Positions 10,690-20,523 of a stretch of 64,000 nucleotides of DNA are shown piece by piece. Both the position numbers and the translations under genes were made by a program. The notes beneath the pieces are model-generated. The model saw nothing but the letters and a program-made list of their open reading frames with translations. It was not told the origin of the DNA and made no database searches. Location of the stretch: the IMG/VR virus record IMGVR_UViG_3300017917_001123, positions 267,571 to 331,570 of that record; one strand, written 5' to 3'. Numbering within the stretch: the stretch's first letter is position 1; each line of letters starts with the position of its first letter.

Positions 10690-11233
10690 AAACAGAAATA
10701 TCCTTAGGACCTTGATAAGGTAACGACATAGTTCCTTTTGTAATAAAAGGTTCAAGAGTAATCTCAAAGCTATCGTATATAGCGAATGGATTACCTTTGC
10801 GAGTTACATATAGATTGTACACTTTATCTTTAACTAAAGTCAATCGGTCGATGTTCTCTTGATTGGTAATTGTATCAAAGTAATTAGGATCGTAAATTAA
10901 GGTTAAACCTTTATCAGTTGCTTCGGTAATAATTCTTGCGCTGGCAATGAAATTTTCAAAACTACGTAATGCTCTAACAACTTCGTCTTCTGTGTTCAAG
11001 ACGATCTGACTCTCAAAAATTTCTTTTCGTCTAAATCCTACAATGTTACTATCAACTATTAACGGATAGTATTCGCTAGGTATTTTCTTTAAGGTAAAGA
11101 ACGGTTCCAATAGACTGAAATCGTCTACTGGTAAGACTGTATATCCTTCTGCCTCTTCAAATTCAAACCCGATGCCCTTGATAACTAGCGTATCGGATTC
11201 AAACTTTACATAACGTCTTTGTACTTGTTCCAT
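10670..11233 (-). CDS. hypothetical protein
   Basis: 187-aa ORF in an overlapping minus-strand operon. Confidence 0.7.
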   Translation of the reverse strand: MEQVQRRYVKFESDTLVIKGIGFEFEEAEGYTVLPVDDFSLLEPFFTLKKIPSEYYPLIVDSNIVGFRRKEIFESQIVLNTEDEVVRALRSFENFIASARIITEATDKGLTLIYDPNYFDTITNQENIDRLTLVKDKVYNLYVTRKGNPFAIYDSFEITLEPFITKGTMSLPYQGPKDISVYVVAKN

Positions 11234-12069
11234 ACTAATGACTCTAATGTGTTGATGAAGTTATCTGTAATAAGATCCTTCTTTGTGTAATGTAGGATAT
11301 CGGACTGAGCGTATGGCCCAATCTTTATATTTAGGTCCCCGTCATAGTAAAACGGAATACGTTCTGTCCATTCGTAGTCTGTTGCGCCAAGCCCTTGACT
11401 TCTGCCCTTCATGTGTGTAAAGCGAGGAAATGGTACAGCAGGATTACTCATATCTTCTACCATATCTAACATCTTAGCAGTTAGCGCACAGGCTTCGTCT
11501 GTTGGGATGCTGTCAAACTTGTAATCCTCTAATTGTTCTTTCCACAGCTCTGGATAATCAGTTAGTGCTTCTAGTACACGAAAAAACTTTGTAGTTTCTC
11601 TACTTTGTTTGAAGTATAACCAGCCACTGTAGAAGTCTGGCAATTTGTTTTGATCAACGACATATCTGTAATAACGATCTGTCATTGTTTCTCCTCTGAA
11701 CGTCATAGGGCGGGTAGCAACATACAAGTCGTGTTTTCTAACAAACGGAAGCCAATGACTAACATCGCTTAGGAACAGCAGGTCGCTATCTAAGAATATA
11801 GTTTCTTTATAAGGCGTGTGCTCATAGGCTCTGCTTCTGGCATTCATTCCTTTAGGGCCATCGTAATTAATGACGGTATCAAATACCCATTTTAGTTTTA
11901 AGTTTTGAACAACCTTTGGAGTAGTTGTTGCGATGCTTACAGAATTAAATCCCTGCGGTTGTGTTAGTTTAATTGTTAGCGCAGTAGCATAGGCTAATCT
12001 AAGATAGTCTGTAGTCTGCGTGTTGTTGGCTATCATAAAGTAGCCTAGGTTAAACTCTTTTGAAATCAT
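11206..12069 (-). CDS. glycosyltransferase-like protein (GT8-like)
   Basis: TPYKETIFLDSDLL (DxD); paralog of 12066..12866. Confidence 0.7.
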   Translation of the reverse strand: MISKEFNLGYFMIANNTQTTDYLRLAYATALTIKLTQPQGFNSVSIATTTPKVVQNLKLKWVFDTVINYDGPKGMNARSRAYEHTPYKETIFLDSDLLFLSDVSHWLPFVRKHDLYVATRPMTFRGETMTDRYYRYVVDQNKLPDFYSGWLYFKQSRETTKFFRVLEALTDYPELWKEQLEDYKFDSIPTDEACALTAKMLDMVEDMSNPAVPFPRFTHMKGRSQGLGATDYEWTERIPFYYDGDLNIKIGPYAQSDILHYTKKDLITDNFINTLESLVWNKYKDVM

Positions 12070-12866
12070 TTGACTAACTCCATGAGCTTTGGTAACTTAT
12101 CTAGCAAGTCGAATTTATTCATGTAGTGTATGTCTTGCCCTTGCGTTTTAACAAGCGTTTCTCCACACATTAGGACTGTCAGTGTTTGATCTTTAACCTG
12201 TAGAATCTCATCTTTGTCTGTAAAGATTATAGGACTTGGTAAGGCAGTATAAAACTTATCAAGACCAAACCCGCCCATAGTATGACAAGCAACACTAAAT
12301 GCGTAATCGTTTCTAAATCTTCTTGTATCGAACTTATAGAGTGCGCCGTAGTAACTCCAGTTTTCTCTAACATGGTCAACAAGTTCAAACAGGGCTTTAA
12401 CTTCAGGTGTCTTGTTAAAAATAATGTTTGTAGCCCAGAGCATAGGAATACTAGCAGGGTCTAGCATTAGTGCGCCTAGTGAATTGCCCAGCATGTCGTT
12501 CATACCTTCGCAAATCATAAAGTCTCTATCTGCTTCTAAGTAAGGCTTCAAGCAACTGCTTTGAACTAAGAAATCGCTGTCAATCACTAGTGTTCTGTCA
12601 TAAGGGCTTAGTTCGTATGCCGAACTTCTGTTGGTGTTCTTAAACGAAATGGTCTTACCGGCAAGTGTTCTAGTATTGTCTGTTTCCACAGTAGTAACAA
12701 TCAGTCCATCAAATACGCCCACATCTGTTGCGTCCAAGGTCTTGCTGTCTGTAACAAGCGTGACAGGAATGTTAAGATGTTTCTTAACAAGGCCTGCGGC
12801 TAAAACAGCTTGAGGGCCGTATGCTATGTCGCCATCAAAGGCGAAAATGACGCACCCTGTTGTCAT
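12066..12866 (-). CDS. glycosyltransferase-like protein (GT8-like)
   Basis: SPYDRTLVIDSDFL (DxD), RFRNDYAFS. Confidence 0.7.
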   Translation of the reverse strand: MTTGCVIFAFDGDIAYGPQAVLAAGLVKKHLNIPVTLVTDSKTLDATDVGVFDGLIVTTVETDNTRTLAGKTISFKNTNRSSAYELSPYDRTLVIDSDFLVQSSCLKPYLEADRDFMICEGMNDMLGNSLGALMLDPASIPMLWATNIIFNKTPEVKALFELVDHVRENWSYYGALYKFDTRRFRNDYAFSVACHTMGGFGLDKFYTALPSPIIFTDKDEILQVKDQTLTVLMCGETLVKTQGQDIHYMNKFDLLDKLPKLMELVK

Positions 12867-13204
12867 AGGTCCACCAGTTTGGCTGCGGTTCGTTTTTGTT
12901 TGATTTGACTGTAGTCTGTCATGTATCTGTTTGTTACTTCAAAATACACACCTACAATCTTGTTGAAGAAATCCTGTAGGTTTTCAATTTCTACAGGATA
13001 TTCGTTGTCGTCTAAGATAACGGCAGATTCATAATCTTTAATTGAACTGATAAAACCAATCAGTTCTCTGCCTACAGTGAAAATGCCTCCGTTGTGTGCG
13101 ATAACAAGTTCAGCAAGTGCTTTGTCTTTTAAGCGTTGTCTTTCTATTCCTAGTGTCTGTCTATAGTTTGCGTGTTCGATTGCTTGTTTAAGCCGATCAT
13201 CCAT
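12863..13204 (-). CDS. hypothetical protein, possible fibre-assembly chaperone
   Basis: 113-aa ORF downstream of two structural-looking genes; function is inference. Confidence 0.6.
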   Translation of the reverse strand: MDDRLKQAIEHANYRQTLGIERQRLKDKALAELVIAHNGGIFTVGRELIGFISSIKDYESAVILDDNEYPVEIENLQDFFNKIVGVYFEVTNRYMTDYSQIKQKRTAAKLVDL

Positions 13205-13213
13205 GTGTGCCTC

Positions 13214-14095
13214 TTAGTAGTTGTTTGGTTTTGTCTGTGAATAAGGATAGTAGATTGCTACGTTATGATATATGTTACCATTAACATAGTCCGGACCGCC
13301 TGCGATGCCCGGGTGATCATCGACATAATACACGGTCATAGTAATAGCAGTTCTTTGTTTAACGTCTGTGTTATTATGCCACAGATATATTTGTACATAG
13401 TTTGCTGTATAAGGACTTTCTGGACTATAAATTCTAAATGCTTCGTTAGCGCCTGTGTTTGATGTTCCATAAACACCACCTGATCCCCAGCTGTTGTAGA
13501 ATGTTCCGCCCCAGGCTGCGCCCGATTGGAACATCCCCGTACGAGTCAGAACAATAGTTCCCATGTTTGCTAGCAAGTTTGACCATGTTGCGTTTTGGCT
13601 AGTGCCGTCGCCCCCTGATCGACTTCCTGTAAATTGTAGTCTGCCACCGCCATTCCAGAAACCCCTGTATGCGGCATTGTCTGCCCAAGTAACTGACACA
13701 GATCCTAATGGAGTTAATACTCCGTTCCATGCTCCGCCATACCCATATGACGGGCCAGCAACATAAGCTAGCTGACCTGTACTGATAGCACCCCTATTAG
13801 AGTAAGCAGTATCAACACGAGCAGAGATTGTTGACAAATCAGTTGAAGTAATAATCGCCGTATCGGCTCTTGTTGTAAGGTCTGAGTTAGCACCTGTTTG
13901 TAATAGGTATGCTTTGTTAACGTCGGCTCTTAGATTGTTCCATTGAACACCGGTAATTTTTTCATTATCGGCTACCGTTGCCGCAGAGTAAGTTGTGTTA
14001 TAGCCAAGATCGTTAGTAGTACCATCTGGTGTGCTTAACACACTACGCATTTTAAGAATAACTGGGTTCCAGTCTTCGTTTTGAATGATTGCCAT
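13214..14095 (-). CDS. putative virion structural protein
   Basis: G/T/S/N-rich beta protein; paralogous to 14100..14999. Confidence 0.6.
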   Translation of the reverse strand: MAIIQNEDWNPVILKMRSVLSTPDGTTNDLGYNTTYSAATVADNEKITGVQWNNLRADVNKAYLLQTGANSDLTTRADTAIITSTDLSTISARVDTAYSNRGAISTGQLAYVAGPSYGYGGAWNGVLTPLGSVSVTWADNAAYRGFWNGGGRLQFTGSRSGGDGTSQNATWSNLLANMGTIVLTRTGMFQSGAAWGGTFYNSWGSGGVYGTSNTGANEAFRIYSPESPYTANYVQIYLWHNNTDVKQRTAITMTVYYVDDHPGIAGGPDYVNGNIYHNVAIYYPYSQTKPNNY

Positions 14096-14099
14096 AATT

Positions 14100-14999
14100 T
14101 TATCCTAATGTAGATCCTAGCTGTGTAGCTGTTGGTGTTTTATTATACGAGTAATATGTGTTAACAGAAAAACCTAATGTGCCGTCGACTAGGTCTGGAC
14201 CTTGCCCTGTTGCTACGTGTGGGTCTAGTAATACATATTCGATCTCAAAACCTGTTGCAGTAAGAACATTATTACCGCCATATGGTCTAATATAAATGGT
14301 AAAGCTATTAGAAGTGTAGTTTGCGTCACTGGCAAGTATTCTAAAAGCAATACCAGCGTTTACACCAGTTTGTCCATTCTGTAACAAATTATATAGCCCG
14401 CCGTTTGGAAAACTACCGTTACGTGATTGATTTTGTTGAATGGCAGAGTTACCACTGAATACTAAAATTCCAATAGCCTGGAAGATATTAGTCCAGGAAG
14501 AAGTTTGACTTGAACCACTACCTCCTGTCATTGATCCGCCAATGGTAATAAATCCGCCTAAGTTAGCCCACCCACGAAACTCTGCGTTTGATCCCCAATC
14601 GAATCTTACTTTATATTTGTGCTCGGTCTTCCATGTGGAACCGTTAACATAATTATCTGATGTTGTAATTTGTAATTTTCCAACACCGGCAGTAGTTCTG
14701 CTAGCATAGGCAATGTCAACTTTTGCTGATACTTCTGTTAAGTCGTCTGTTTCGATTAACTGACTTCTGTTGTAGATAGCTAGTCCAGTAGACAATCCTG
14801 TTTGATGTTCAATTGCTAGGTTAACGTCTTGAATTACTAGGTTAAGGTCTTGTCCAACAACTTTGGCGCCTTGGACGGCAGGCAAACTAGCAACAGCTAG
14901 GTTGTATCCGAGGTCGAACACCGTGCCGCTAGGTGATCCGATAATTGATGCTATTTTGTTCTGTACTAAATTGAACGCTTCGTCCGTTACTTTTGCCAT
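14100..14999 (-). CDS. putative virion structural protein
   Basis: shares DLGYN, W..(L)GG, W.N(L/I)...(M/I)G motifs with 13214..14095. Confidence 0.6.
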   Translation of the reverse strand: MAKVTDEAFNLVQNKIASIIGSPSGTVFDLGYNLAVASLPAVQGAKVVGQDLNLVIQDVNLAIEHQTGLSTGLAIYNRSQLIETDDLTEVSAKVDIAYASRTTAGVGKLQITTSDNYVNGSTWKTEHKYKVRFDWGSNAEFRGWANLGGFITIGGSMTGGSGSSQTSSWTNIFQAIGILVFSGNSAIQQNQSRNGSFPNGGLYNLLQNGQTGVNAGIAFRILASDANYTSNSFTIYIRPYGGNNVLTATGFEIEYVLLDPHVATGQGPDLVDGTLGFSVNTYYSYNKTPTATQLGSTLG

Positions 15000-15010
15000 C
15001 AGTTGCTCCG

Positions 15011-15331
15011 TTATACCCTAAACGACTCGCCGCATCCGCAACGATCTCTTTCATTAGGGTTCTTAAATTCAAATCCTTCGTTTAGCCCGTTCCTTACATA
15101 ATCAACAGTTAGGCCATCTACATAAACATGGCTTTTGGGATCAACAAAAATGCTGAATCCGGTTTTTTCAAACACTAAATCGGAACTGTCGGGCTCGTCT
15201 ACATATTCTAACACATAAGCTAGCCCTGAACAGCCAGTAGTTTTAACGCCTATCCGAATGCCCATTCCTTTCCCTCTCTTTTGTAGGTTTAACAAGAATT
15301 TATTGTAGGCTTCAGTTGTTAAGTTGACCAT
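15011..15331 (-). CDS. iscA: A-type Fe-S carrier IscA (HesB family)
   Basis: [24 protein letters not shown]. Confidence 0.93.
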   Translation of the reverse strand: MVNLTTEAYNKFLLNLQKRGKGMGIRIGVKTTGCSGLAYVLEYVDEPDSSDLVFEKTGFSIFVDPKSHVYVDGLTVDYVRNGLNEGFEFKNPNERDRCGCGESFRV

Positions 15332-15343
15332 AAAGTGTTAAAA

Positions 15344-15364
15344 TAAATATTATACGCATATTTA
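15344..15364. promoter_or_regulatory. face-to-face overlapping TAAATA late-promoter motifs for the divergent iscA and iscU
   Basis: TAAATA on + at 15344-15349; TATTTA at 15359-15364 (TAAATA on -). Confidence 0.55.
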
Positions 15365-15397
15365 GCGAGTAAAGCAACGGCTTAAAAGGAGTCTGAT

Positions 15398-15796
15398 ATG
15401 GCATACAGCGAAAAGGTAATTGATCATTATGAAAACCCCAGAAATGTGGGTAGTTTTGATAAGTCTGATACTTCCGTTGGTACTGGTATGGTTGGTGCAC
15501 CTGCTTGCGGCGATGTTATGAAATTACAAATAAAGGTGGACGATGCTACAGGTATTATTACAGATGCGAAATTTAAAACGTATGGCTGTGGATCGGCTAT
15601 CGCAAGTTCGAGCCTTGTCACAGAGTGGGTCAAAGGAAAAACTCTTGACGAAGCCGGAGCAATCAAAAACAGCCAAATTGCCGAAGAATTAGCCCTTCCC
15701 CCGGTAAAGATTCACTGTTCAATTCTAGCAGAAGATGCTATCAAAGCCGCAGTAGCGGACTACAAGGAAAAACATGGAAGCAATAACAGTAACTGA
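15398..15796 (+). CDS. iscU: Fe-S scaffold IscU
   Basis: [46 protein letters not shown]. Confidence 0.96.
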   Translation: MAYSEKVIDHYENPRNVGSFDKSDTSVGTGMVGAPACGDVMKLQIKVDDATGIITDAKFKTYGCGSAIASSSLVTEWVKGKTLDEAGAIKNSQIAEELALPPVKIHCSILAEDAIKAAVADYKEKHGSNNSN

Positions 15797-16100
15797 TGCG
15801 GCTTATGACAAGATAATTGACGTACTTGCCGAAGAAAACAATCCTAATATTGCTCTTAGGGTATTTGTTCAGGGCGGCGGCTGTTCGGGCTTCCAATATG
15901 GTTTTACCCTAGACGAAGAACAAAACGAAGACGACTTTGTTATTGAAGGCAAAGTTAAGATTTTAGTTGACTCGATGAGCTACCAGTACCTTGTAGGTGC
16001 TACTATAGATTACAAAGATGAAATCTACGGTAGCCAATTTACTATTAAAAATCCCAACGCCCAATCAACTTGTGGCTGTGGCTCTAGTTTTTCCGTTTAA
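15774..16100 (+). CDS. erpA: A-type Fe-S carrier, ErpA-like
   Basis: [31 protein letters not shown]. Confidence 0.88.
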   Translation: MEAITVTDAAYDKIIDVLAEENNPNIALRVFVQGGGCSGFQYGFTLDEEQNEDDFVIEGKVKILVDSMSYQYLVGATIDYKDEIYGSQFTIKNPNAQSTCGCGSSFSV

Positions 16101-16108
16101 GGATATTA

Positions 16109-17359
16109 ATGAAGATAGCTATACTAGGTGTAGGTTCAGCAGGTTCTATTTCAATTGCCCAACTTTGTGCTCATGTTCCTAAAGGTTGTAAAGTAGTCAG
16201 CATACACGATCCATCAATTCCTATGTTTCAAATAGGCGAAAGTACAAATGCTAATATGGTATCTGTTCTTGAGCAAGCATGTCACTTTAGTTTCACTGAA
16301 GATCTTCCAGCAATGGAAAGTACAATCAAATTCGGTAATAAGTTTATGAAGTGGCGTGACCGAGATTGGTTCAACCCTTTGCTCGATGGTGGCATCGGAA
16401 TACATTTCAACAACTTTAAATTAAAAGAATTTGTAATCAGTCGAGTTAAAAAACATTGGCCTGATAAATTTGAAATGATAGAGGGAAACGTTTCTAATTT
16501 AGTGAACCATGGAACGTATGCCGACGTTGTAGTTGACGGACAGACCCATAGGTTTGATTGGGTAATTGATACACGAGGAACACCAACCAACTGGAGCGAA
16601 TACGAAATTGTAGACGGCATTTCGATTAATAGCGGAATTATTCATACAGTAAACGAGCCAGGAAACTTTCAATATACAGAACATCTAGCAACAGCAAATG
16701 GCTGGATGTTCGGAGTACCACTAACATCTCGTCATACTCACGGTTATCTCTTTAATGATAAAATTACTTCTAAAGAAGAAGCCATTGAAGATATGAAAAA
16801 ATATTTTGGCACAGACGATATTGGCCGTAAGAATGCTCCGGTACACTATCAATTTAAGAGTTACTTTGCTAAAAAAGTTCTAGAAGGTAGAGTCTTAAAG
16901 AACGGCAACAGGGCTAACTTCTTTGAACCAATTAGCGCCAGTGGAATATTCTACTATATCTATACAAACTATCTTCTAATTGATTTGTTTAAGAAAAGAC
17001 ACAACGAAGATGAACTAAATCAAAAATTTAGAGATTTCGGAAATCAGTTGGCAGATCTTATTTGTTTCTTTTATCACGGCGGAAGTACTTACGATACACC
17101 ATTTTGGAAATATGCCAAAGAAAACGCAAGACAGCGACTTTTTAGAAGTCCGTTTTTTAGAAAAGCGTTAATTGACTGTTTTGTCAAGGGCGAAGCAGGG
17201 TTACCACATTATGCTGACCCGTGGATCTTTAGTGGATATCATCTTCATTTAATCGATAAAAAGTTTGGATATAATTACTTCACAGATCCTGTAAAAAATC
17301 GGCAAGCAGTAGCAGAAATTGATGCCAACTTAAAGTCTCAAGGAAAAATAATATTATGA
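16109..17359 (+). CDS. FAD-dependent oxidoreductase, tryptophan-halogenase-like
   Basis: ILGVGSAG, IGEST, WMFGVPL, FFEPISASG. Confidence 0.8.
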   Translation: MKIAILGVGSAGSISIAQLCAHVPKGCKVVSIHDPSIPMFQIGESTNANMVSVLEQACHFSFTEDLPAMESTIKFGNKFMKWRDRDWFNPLLDGGIGIHFNNFKLKEFVISRVKKHWPDKFEMIEGNVSNLVNHGTYADVVVDGQTHRFDWVIDTRGTPTNWSEYEIVDGISINSGIIHTVNEPGNFQYTEHLATANGWMFGVPLTSRHTHGYLFNDKITSKEEAIEDMKKYFGTDDIGRKNAPVHYQFKSYFAKKVLEGRVLKNGNRANFFEPISASGIFYYIYTNYLLIDLFKKRHNEDELNQKFRDFGNQLADLICFFYHGGSTYDTPFWKYAKENARQRLFRSPFFRKALIDCFVKGEAGLPHYADPWIFSGYHLHLIDKKFGYNYFTDPVKNRQAVAEIDANLKSQGKIIL

Positions 17360-18075
17360 TTGAATATAGATCGCCGACAACTGTAAAAGATTCTCTACCC
17401 CAAACAGAACAACGTACCGAATGGATGGATGGTTGGTTTAAAATTCGTAAGCTCGACTTGAACATGGATGCTCTAAGACACGAATGTCTAGGAGTTCAAA
17501 AAATGGTCAAGGAACGTTACGGAGACCAAGACGGAATGAATTACTATGAGAATAAGACAACAAACTTATTTGGCAAGTACAACATTTTTATGTTTAGTTC
17601 TTTTTCTCTACATACATTGTACTCTGAGATAGTTAAGACTTGGAACATGGTCAAACCCGATGATCAAAAATATTATCTACAAAGTTGGTTAAATGTCTAT
17701 GACCAGAGCAAAAGTATTGGCTGGCACTATCATTGGACAGAAAAGTATCTTGCTTGGCATGGATTTTTCTGTGTTGATGTCGACGTGAGTAAAACAACTT
17801 ACGCATTACAGCCACCACACTTTCAGCGTAGCAAGTCAATTCCTTACGGAACTTACAACGGTCGAGAAATCCTTGAATACAACGATGAGTACGAACTAAT
17901 CGATGTAGTAGGACAAGACGGTCTCTTAATTATGAGCCCTAGCGCAGGAGATAGCCACAGAAATATTCCGTGGAAGATTGCGGAACGTCCTCGAATTACT
18001 ATTGCGTTTGATATTGTGCCAGGTCAACATATTTTTAATGAAGACTGGGAGAATCACTGGATACCTCTAGTATGA
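17356..18075 (+). CDS. putative 2OG-Fe(II) oxygenase
   Basis: WLNVY..GWHYH, HGFFCV, SHR..RITIAFD. Confidence 0.7.
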   Translation: MIEYRSPTTVKDSLPQTEQRTEWMDGWFKIRKLDLNMDALRHECLGVQKMVKERYGDQDGMNYYENKTTNLFGKYNIFMFSSFSLHTLYSEIVKTWNMVKPDDQKYYLQSWLNVYDQSKSIGWHYHWTEKYLAWHGFFCVDVDVSKTTYALQPPHFQRSKSIPYGTYNGREILEYNDEYELIDVVGQDGLLIMSPSAGDSHRNIPWKIAERPRITIAFDIVPGQHIFNEDWENHWIPLV

Positions 18076-18326
18076 GCTTATATAAACAACTACACATTGA
18101 CACAATTAAGTTAGGAGCCCGTGCCCAAACTGAACACGATTTTGGAGAGGAGGGAGCCATTCTTATTCCAAATGGAAAATCCAAAATATTTGTACATTGG
18201 ATGACCGACAAAGGCAATATTCGTTCAACTTGGACTATGACTTATGCGTCCAAAATAAAAGGAAAAGTTCGTTTAATTAACGGTTTGGACAATGAACTTT
18301 CAATTCAAGTCTTGACAGACTGGTAA
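18072..18326 (+). CDS. hypothetical protein
   Basis: 84-aa ORF, ATGA-coupled. Confidence 0.6.
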   Translation: MSLYKQLHIDTIKLGARAQTEHDFGEEGAILIPNGKSKIFVHWMTDKGNIRSTWTMTYASKIKGKVRLINGLDNELSIQVLTDW

Positions 18327-18340
18327 ATCTTTGCTATAAT
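18312..18340 (+). promoter_or_regulatory. sigma70 promoter for DNA ligase
   Basis: TTGACA-17 nt-TATAAT, exact consensus. Confidence 0.85.
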
Positions 18341-18369
18341 ATACATATAGACACTGAAAAAGGATCCAA

Positions 18370-19659
18370 ATGTATCAGATTATTCAAGAGCTTGAAGCAG
18401 ACAATAGTCGCCTTGCTAAAGAAGCAATCATTGAACGTGAAAAAGATAATGCTGAATTGTTTGAGGGCTTTGAACTTGCCCTAAGTCCATACATTACTTT
18501 TGGTGTTAAGAAAGTCCCTACACACGGTGGTCCAGACGGGCAAGGACTTCCTTGGGACGCATTTAAAGAACTTTGTCATCTTCTTAGCACTCGTCAGCTA
18601 ACTGGCGACGATGCTCGTTCTGCTATTGAACTAGCCCTTGGCGCAAGCACTAAAGCTCAATGGAATGATTGGTACCGTCGAATTCTTATTAAAGACCTCC
18701 GTTGCGGCGTTAGCGAAAAAACTGTAAATAAAGTTAAGAAAAACGCTGTACCAGTGTTTGAATGTATGCTGGCACACGACGGAGCCAATCATGAGAAGAA
18801 AATTAACGGTCTACGACTCCTCGAACCAAAGTTGGACGGTGTACGATGCCTCACAATCGTCGACTATGAATCTCGAACCGTGGTTCAGTACACACGAAAT
18901 GGCAAAGTATTGGAAAACTTTAGCCACATTACAGATAGCCTTCTTGCTAACATCGATGATATTGGTCGATCATATGTTCTTGACGGAGAAGTCGTTAGTC
19001 ATAGCTTCCAAGACTTGATGAAGCAGGTACATCGCAAAGACGATGTAAAAGCACAAGACGCTCGGCTGATGCTGTTTGACATTTTGCCTCTTAGCGAGTT
19101 TAAGAAAGGCAAGAGCATCATGGGCCAAAAGCGCCGTAGCAATCTACTCAAAACCCTCAAACCCATCTTTGACAAGTGCGGTAGCATCGATGTTATTCCG
19201 CAAATTGAAGTCGACCTCGACAGCTATGTGGGAGAACTTCAATTCAAAGAATTTAACAAACAAGCAATCGAAGACGGCTTCGAAGGCATTATGATCAAGG
19301 TGCCAGATGCGGCATATGAATGTAAGCGAAGCACTAGCTGGCTCAAAATTAAACCCTTTATCGAAGTGTCGCTAACTGTAGTTGGCATTGAAGAGGGTAC
19401 TGGTAAAAACGAAGGCCGACTTGGCGCATTAATCTGTGAGGGTGTAGATGACGGAAAAACTATCTCTGTCAATGTTGGATCGGGCTTTACTGACGACCAA
19501 CGTTCTGAATTCTGGTCCGATCAAGGATCTTTGGTTGGTCAAGTCGTGGAGATCCGCGCTGATGCGGCGACTCGGAGCCAAGATAGCGAGGATGTGTGGT
19601 CGCTACGTTTTCCTCGTTTTCTCCGATTCCGAGGTTTCAAAGCAGGTGAAAAAATTTAA
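18370..19659 (+). CDS. ATP-dependent DNA ligase
   Basis: EPKLDGVR (KxDG), LDGE, EGIMIK, WLKIKP, GSGF, LRFPRF. Confidence 0.96.
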   Translation: MYQIIQELEADNSRLAKEAIIEREKDNAELFEGFELALSPYITFGVKKVPTHGGPDGQGLPWDAFKELCHLLSTRQLTGDDARSAIELALGASTKAQWNDWYRRILIKDLRCGVSEKTVNKVKKNAVPVFECMLAHDGANHEKKINGLRLLEPKLDGVRCLTIVDYESRTVVQYTRNGKVLENFSHITDSLLANIDDIGRSYVLDGEVVSHSFQDLMKQVHRKDDVKAQDARLMLFDILPLSEFKKGKSIMGQKRRSNLLKTLKPIFDKCGSIDVIPQIEVDLDSYVGELQFKEFNKQAIEDGFEGIMIKVPDAAYECKRSTSWLKIKPFIEVSLTVVGIEEGTGKNEGRLGALICEGVDDGKTISVNVGSGFTDDQRSEFWSDQGSLVGQVVEIRADAATRSQDSEDVWSLRFPRFLRFRGFKAGEKI

Positions 19660-19660
19660 G

Positions 19661-19921
19661 ATGGAAAAATCAGCAGTTAAAGACTTACTATTTGGGGGCA
19701 TCAATGAGTTGATGCGTGACCGAAGATACTACTATCACAGTTCGGTAGGATCGGGTTACAGTTATTGGACTGATGAAGGCAAGGAAGCCCTTATTGAGTA
19801 TATGAATGTAATGGGCTGGAAACTAAAGGAAGCCGAAGAGGCCGACTTGAATAAGCGTTCGAAGGATATGGTAATGAACGCATTAAAGGGAAAGAATCTT
19901 GACGGAAGTAAGAGTTCTTGA
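19661..19921 (+). CDS. hypothetical protein
   Basis: MEKSAVKDLL..., 86 aa; start just after the ligase stop (ORF-track start 19448 lies inside the ligase). Confidence 0.65.
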   Translation: MEKSAVKDLLFGGINELMRDRRYYYHSSVGSGYSYWTDEGKEALIEYMNVMGWKLKEAEEADLNKRSKDMVMNALKGKNLDGSKSS

Positions 19922-20507
19922 TAATGTAGTACCTGTAGAAATACAGGATAAGGTGCTGGACATGGTTCAGCACCATCGCTTCAATTGGCATTTCGCACCT
20001 AGTAATGTCTATGAAGACGATGAAAATCGTGGCCAGACTTTTCTGGACAATCAAACTGTAGATTCTTATCAGTTTTATCATTTGTTTCTACAGACTCAAA
20101 TGGGTTACAACGAGCCTTTCTATCAAAATTTTAGGCCGTTAATTCAAGAGATACAAAAGTCGTTTGATCTACAAAGCCGAAATGTCTTGCGTGTTAAAGC
20201 AAATATGCTGACTAACAACAGACGTTTCTATCCACTGGCGTATAATCCTGCCCATGTGGATAATGAAGAAGAACATTGGGTAGTTGTTTACTATGTTAAC
20301 GATTCGGATGGGGATACAGTAATTTTCAATGAAACTTACGGTTCTTCGTTTGATAAACTTACCGAACAGGCAAGAGTTTCGCCTAAGAAAGGCAGAGCTG
20401 TATGCTTTCCGGGTAAGTATTTTCACGCTAGTTCAAATCCTATCAATTCGGAGTGGAGATGCGTGTTTAACATTAACCTGTCGATGACAGGGCCCATTGT
20501 TCTATAA
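19899..20507 (+). CDS. 2OG-Fe(II) oxygenase
   Basis: PAHVD (HxD), YYVNDSDGDT, YFHASS..R; TTG start. Confidence 0.8.
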   Translation: MTEVRVLDNVVPVEIQDKVLDMVQHHRFNWHFAPSNVYEDDENRGQTFLDNQTVDSYQFYHLFLQTQMGYNEPFYQNFRPLIQEIQKSFDLQSRNVLRVKANMLTNNRRFYPLAYNPAHVDNEEEHWVVVYYVNDSDGDTVIFNETYGSSFDKLTEQARVSPKKGRAVCFPGKYFHASSNPINSEWRCVFNINLSMTGPIVL

Positions 20508-20523
20508 GGAGATGTAACTCAAA

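Noticed and set aside
19448-19660. N-terminal extension of the 19448..19921 ORF
   Set aside because: Lies inside the ligase gene; the natural start is the ATG at 19661.
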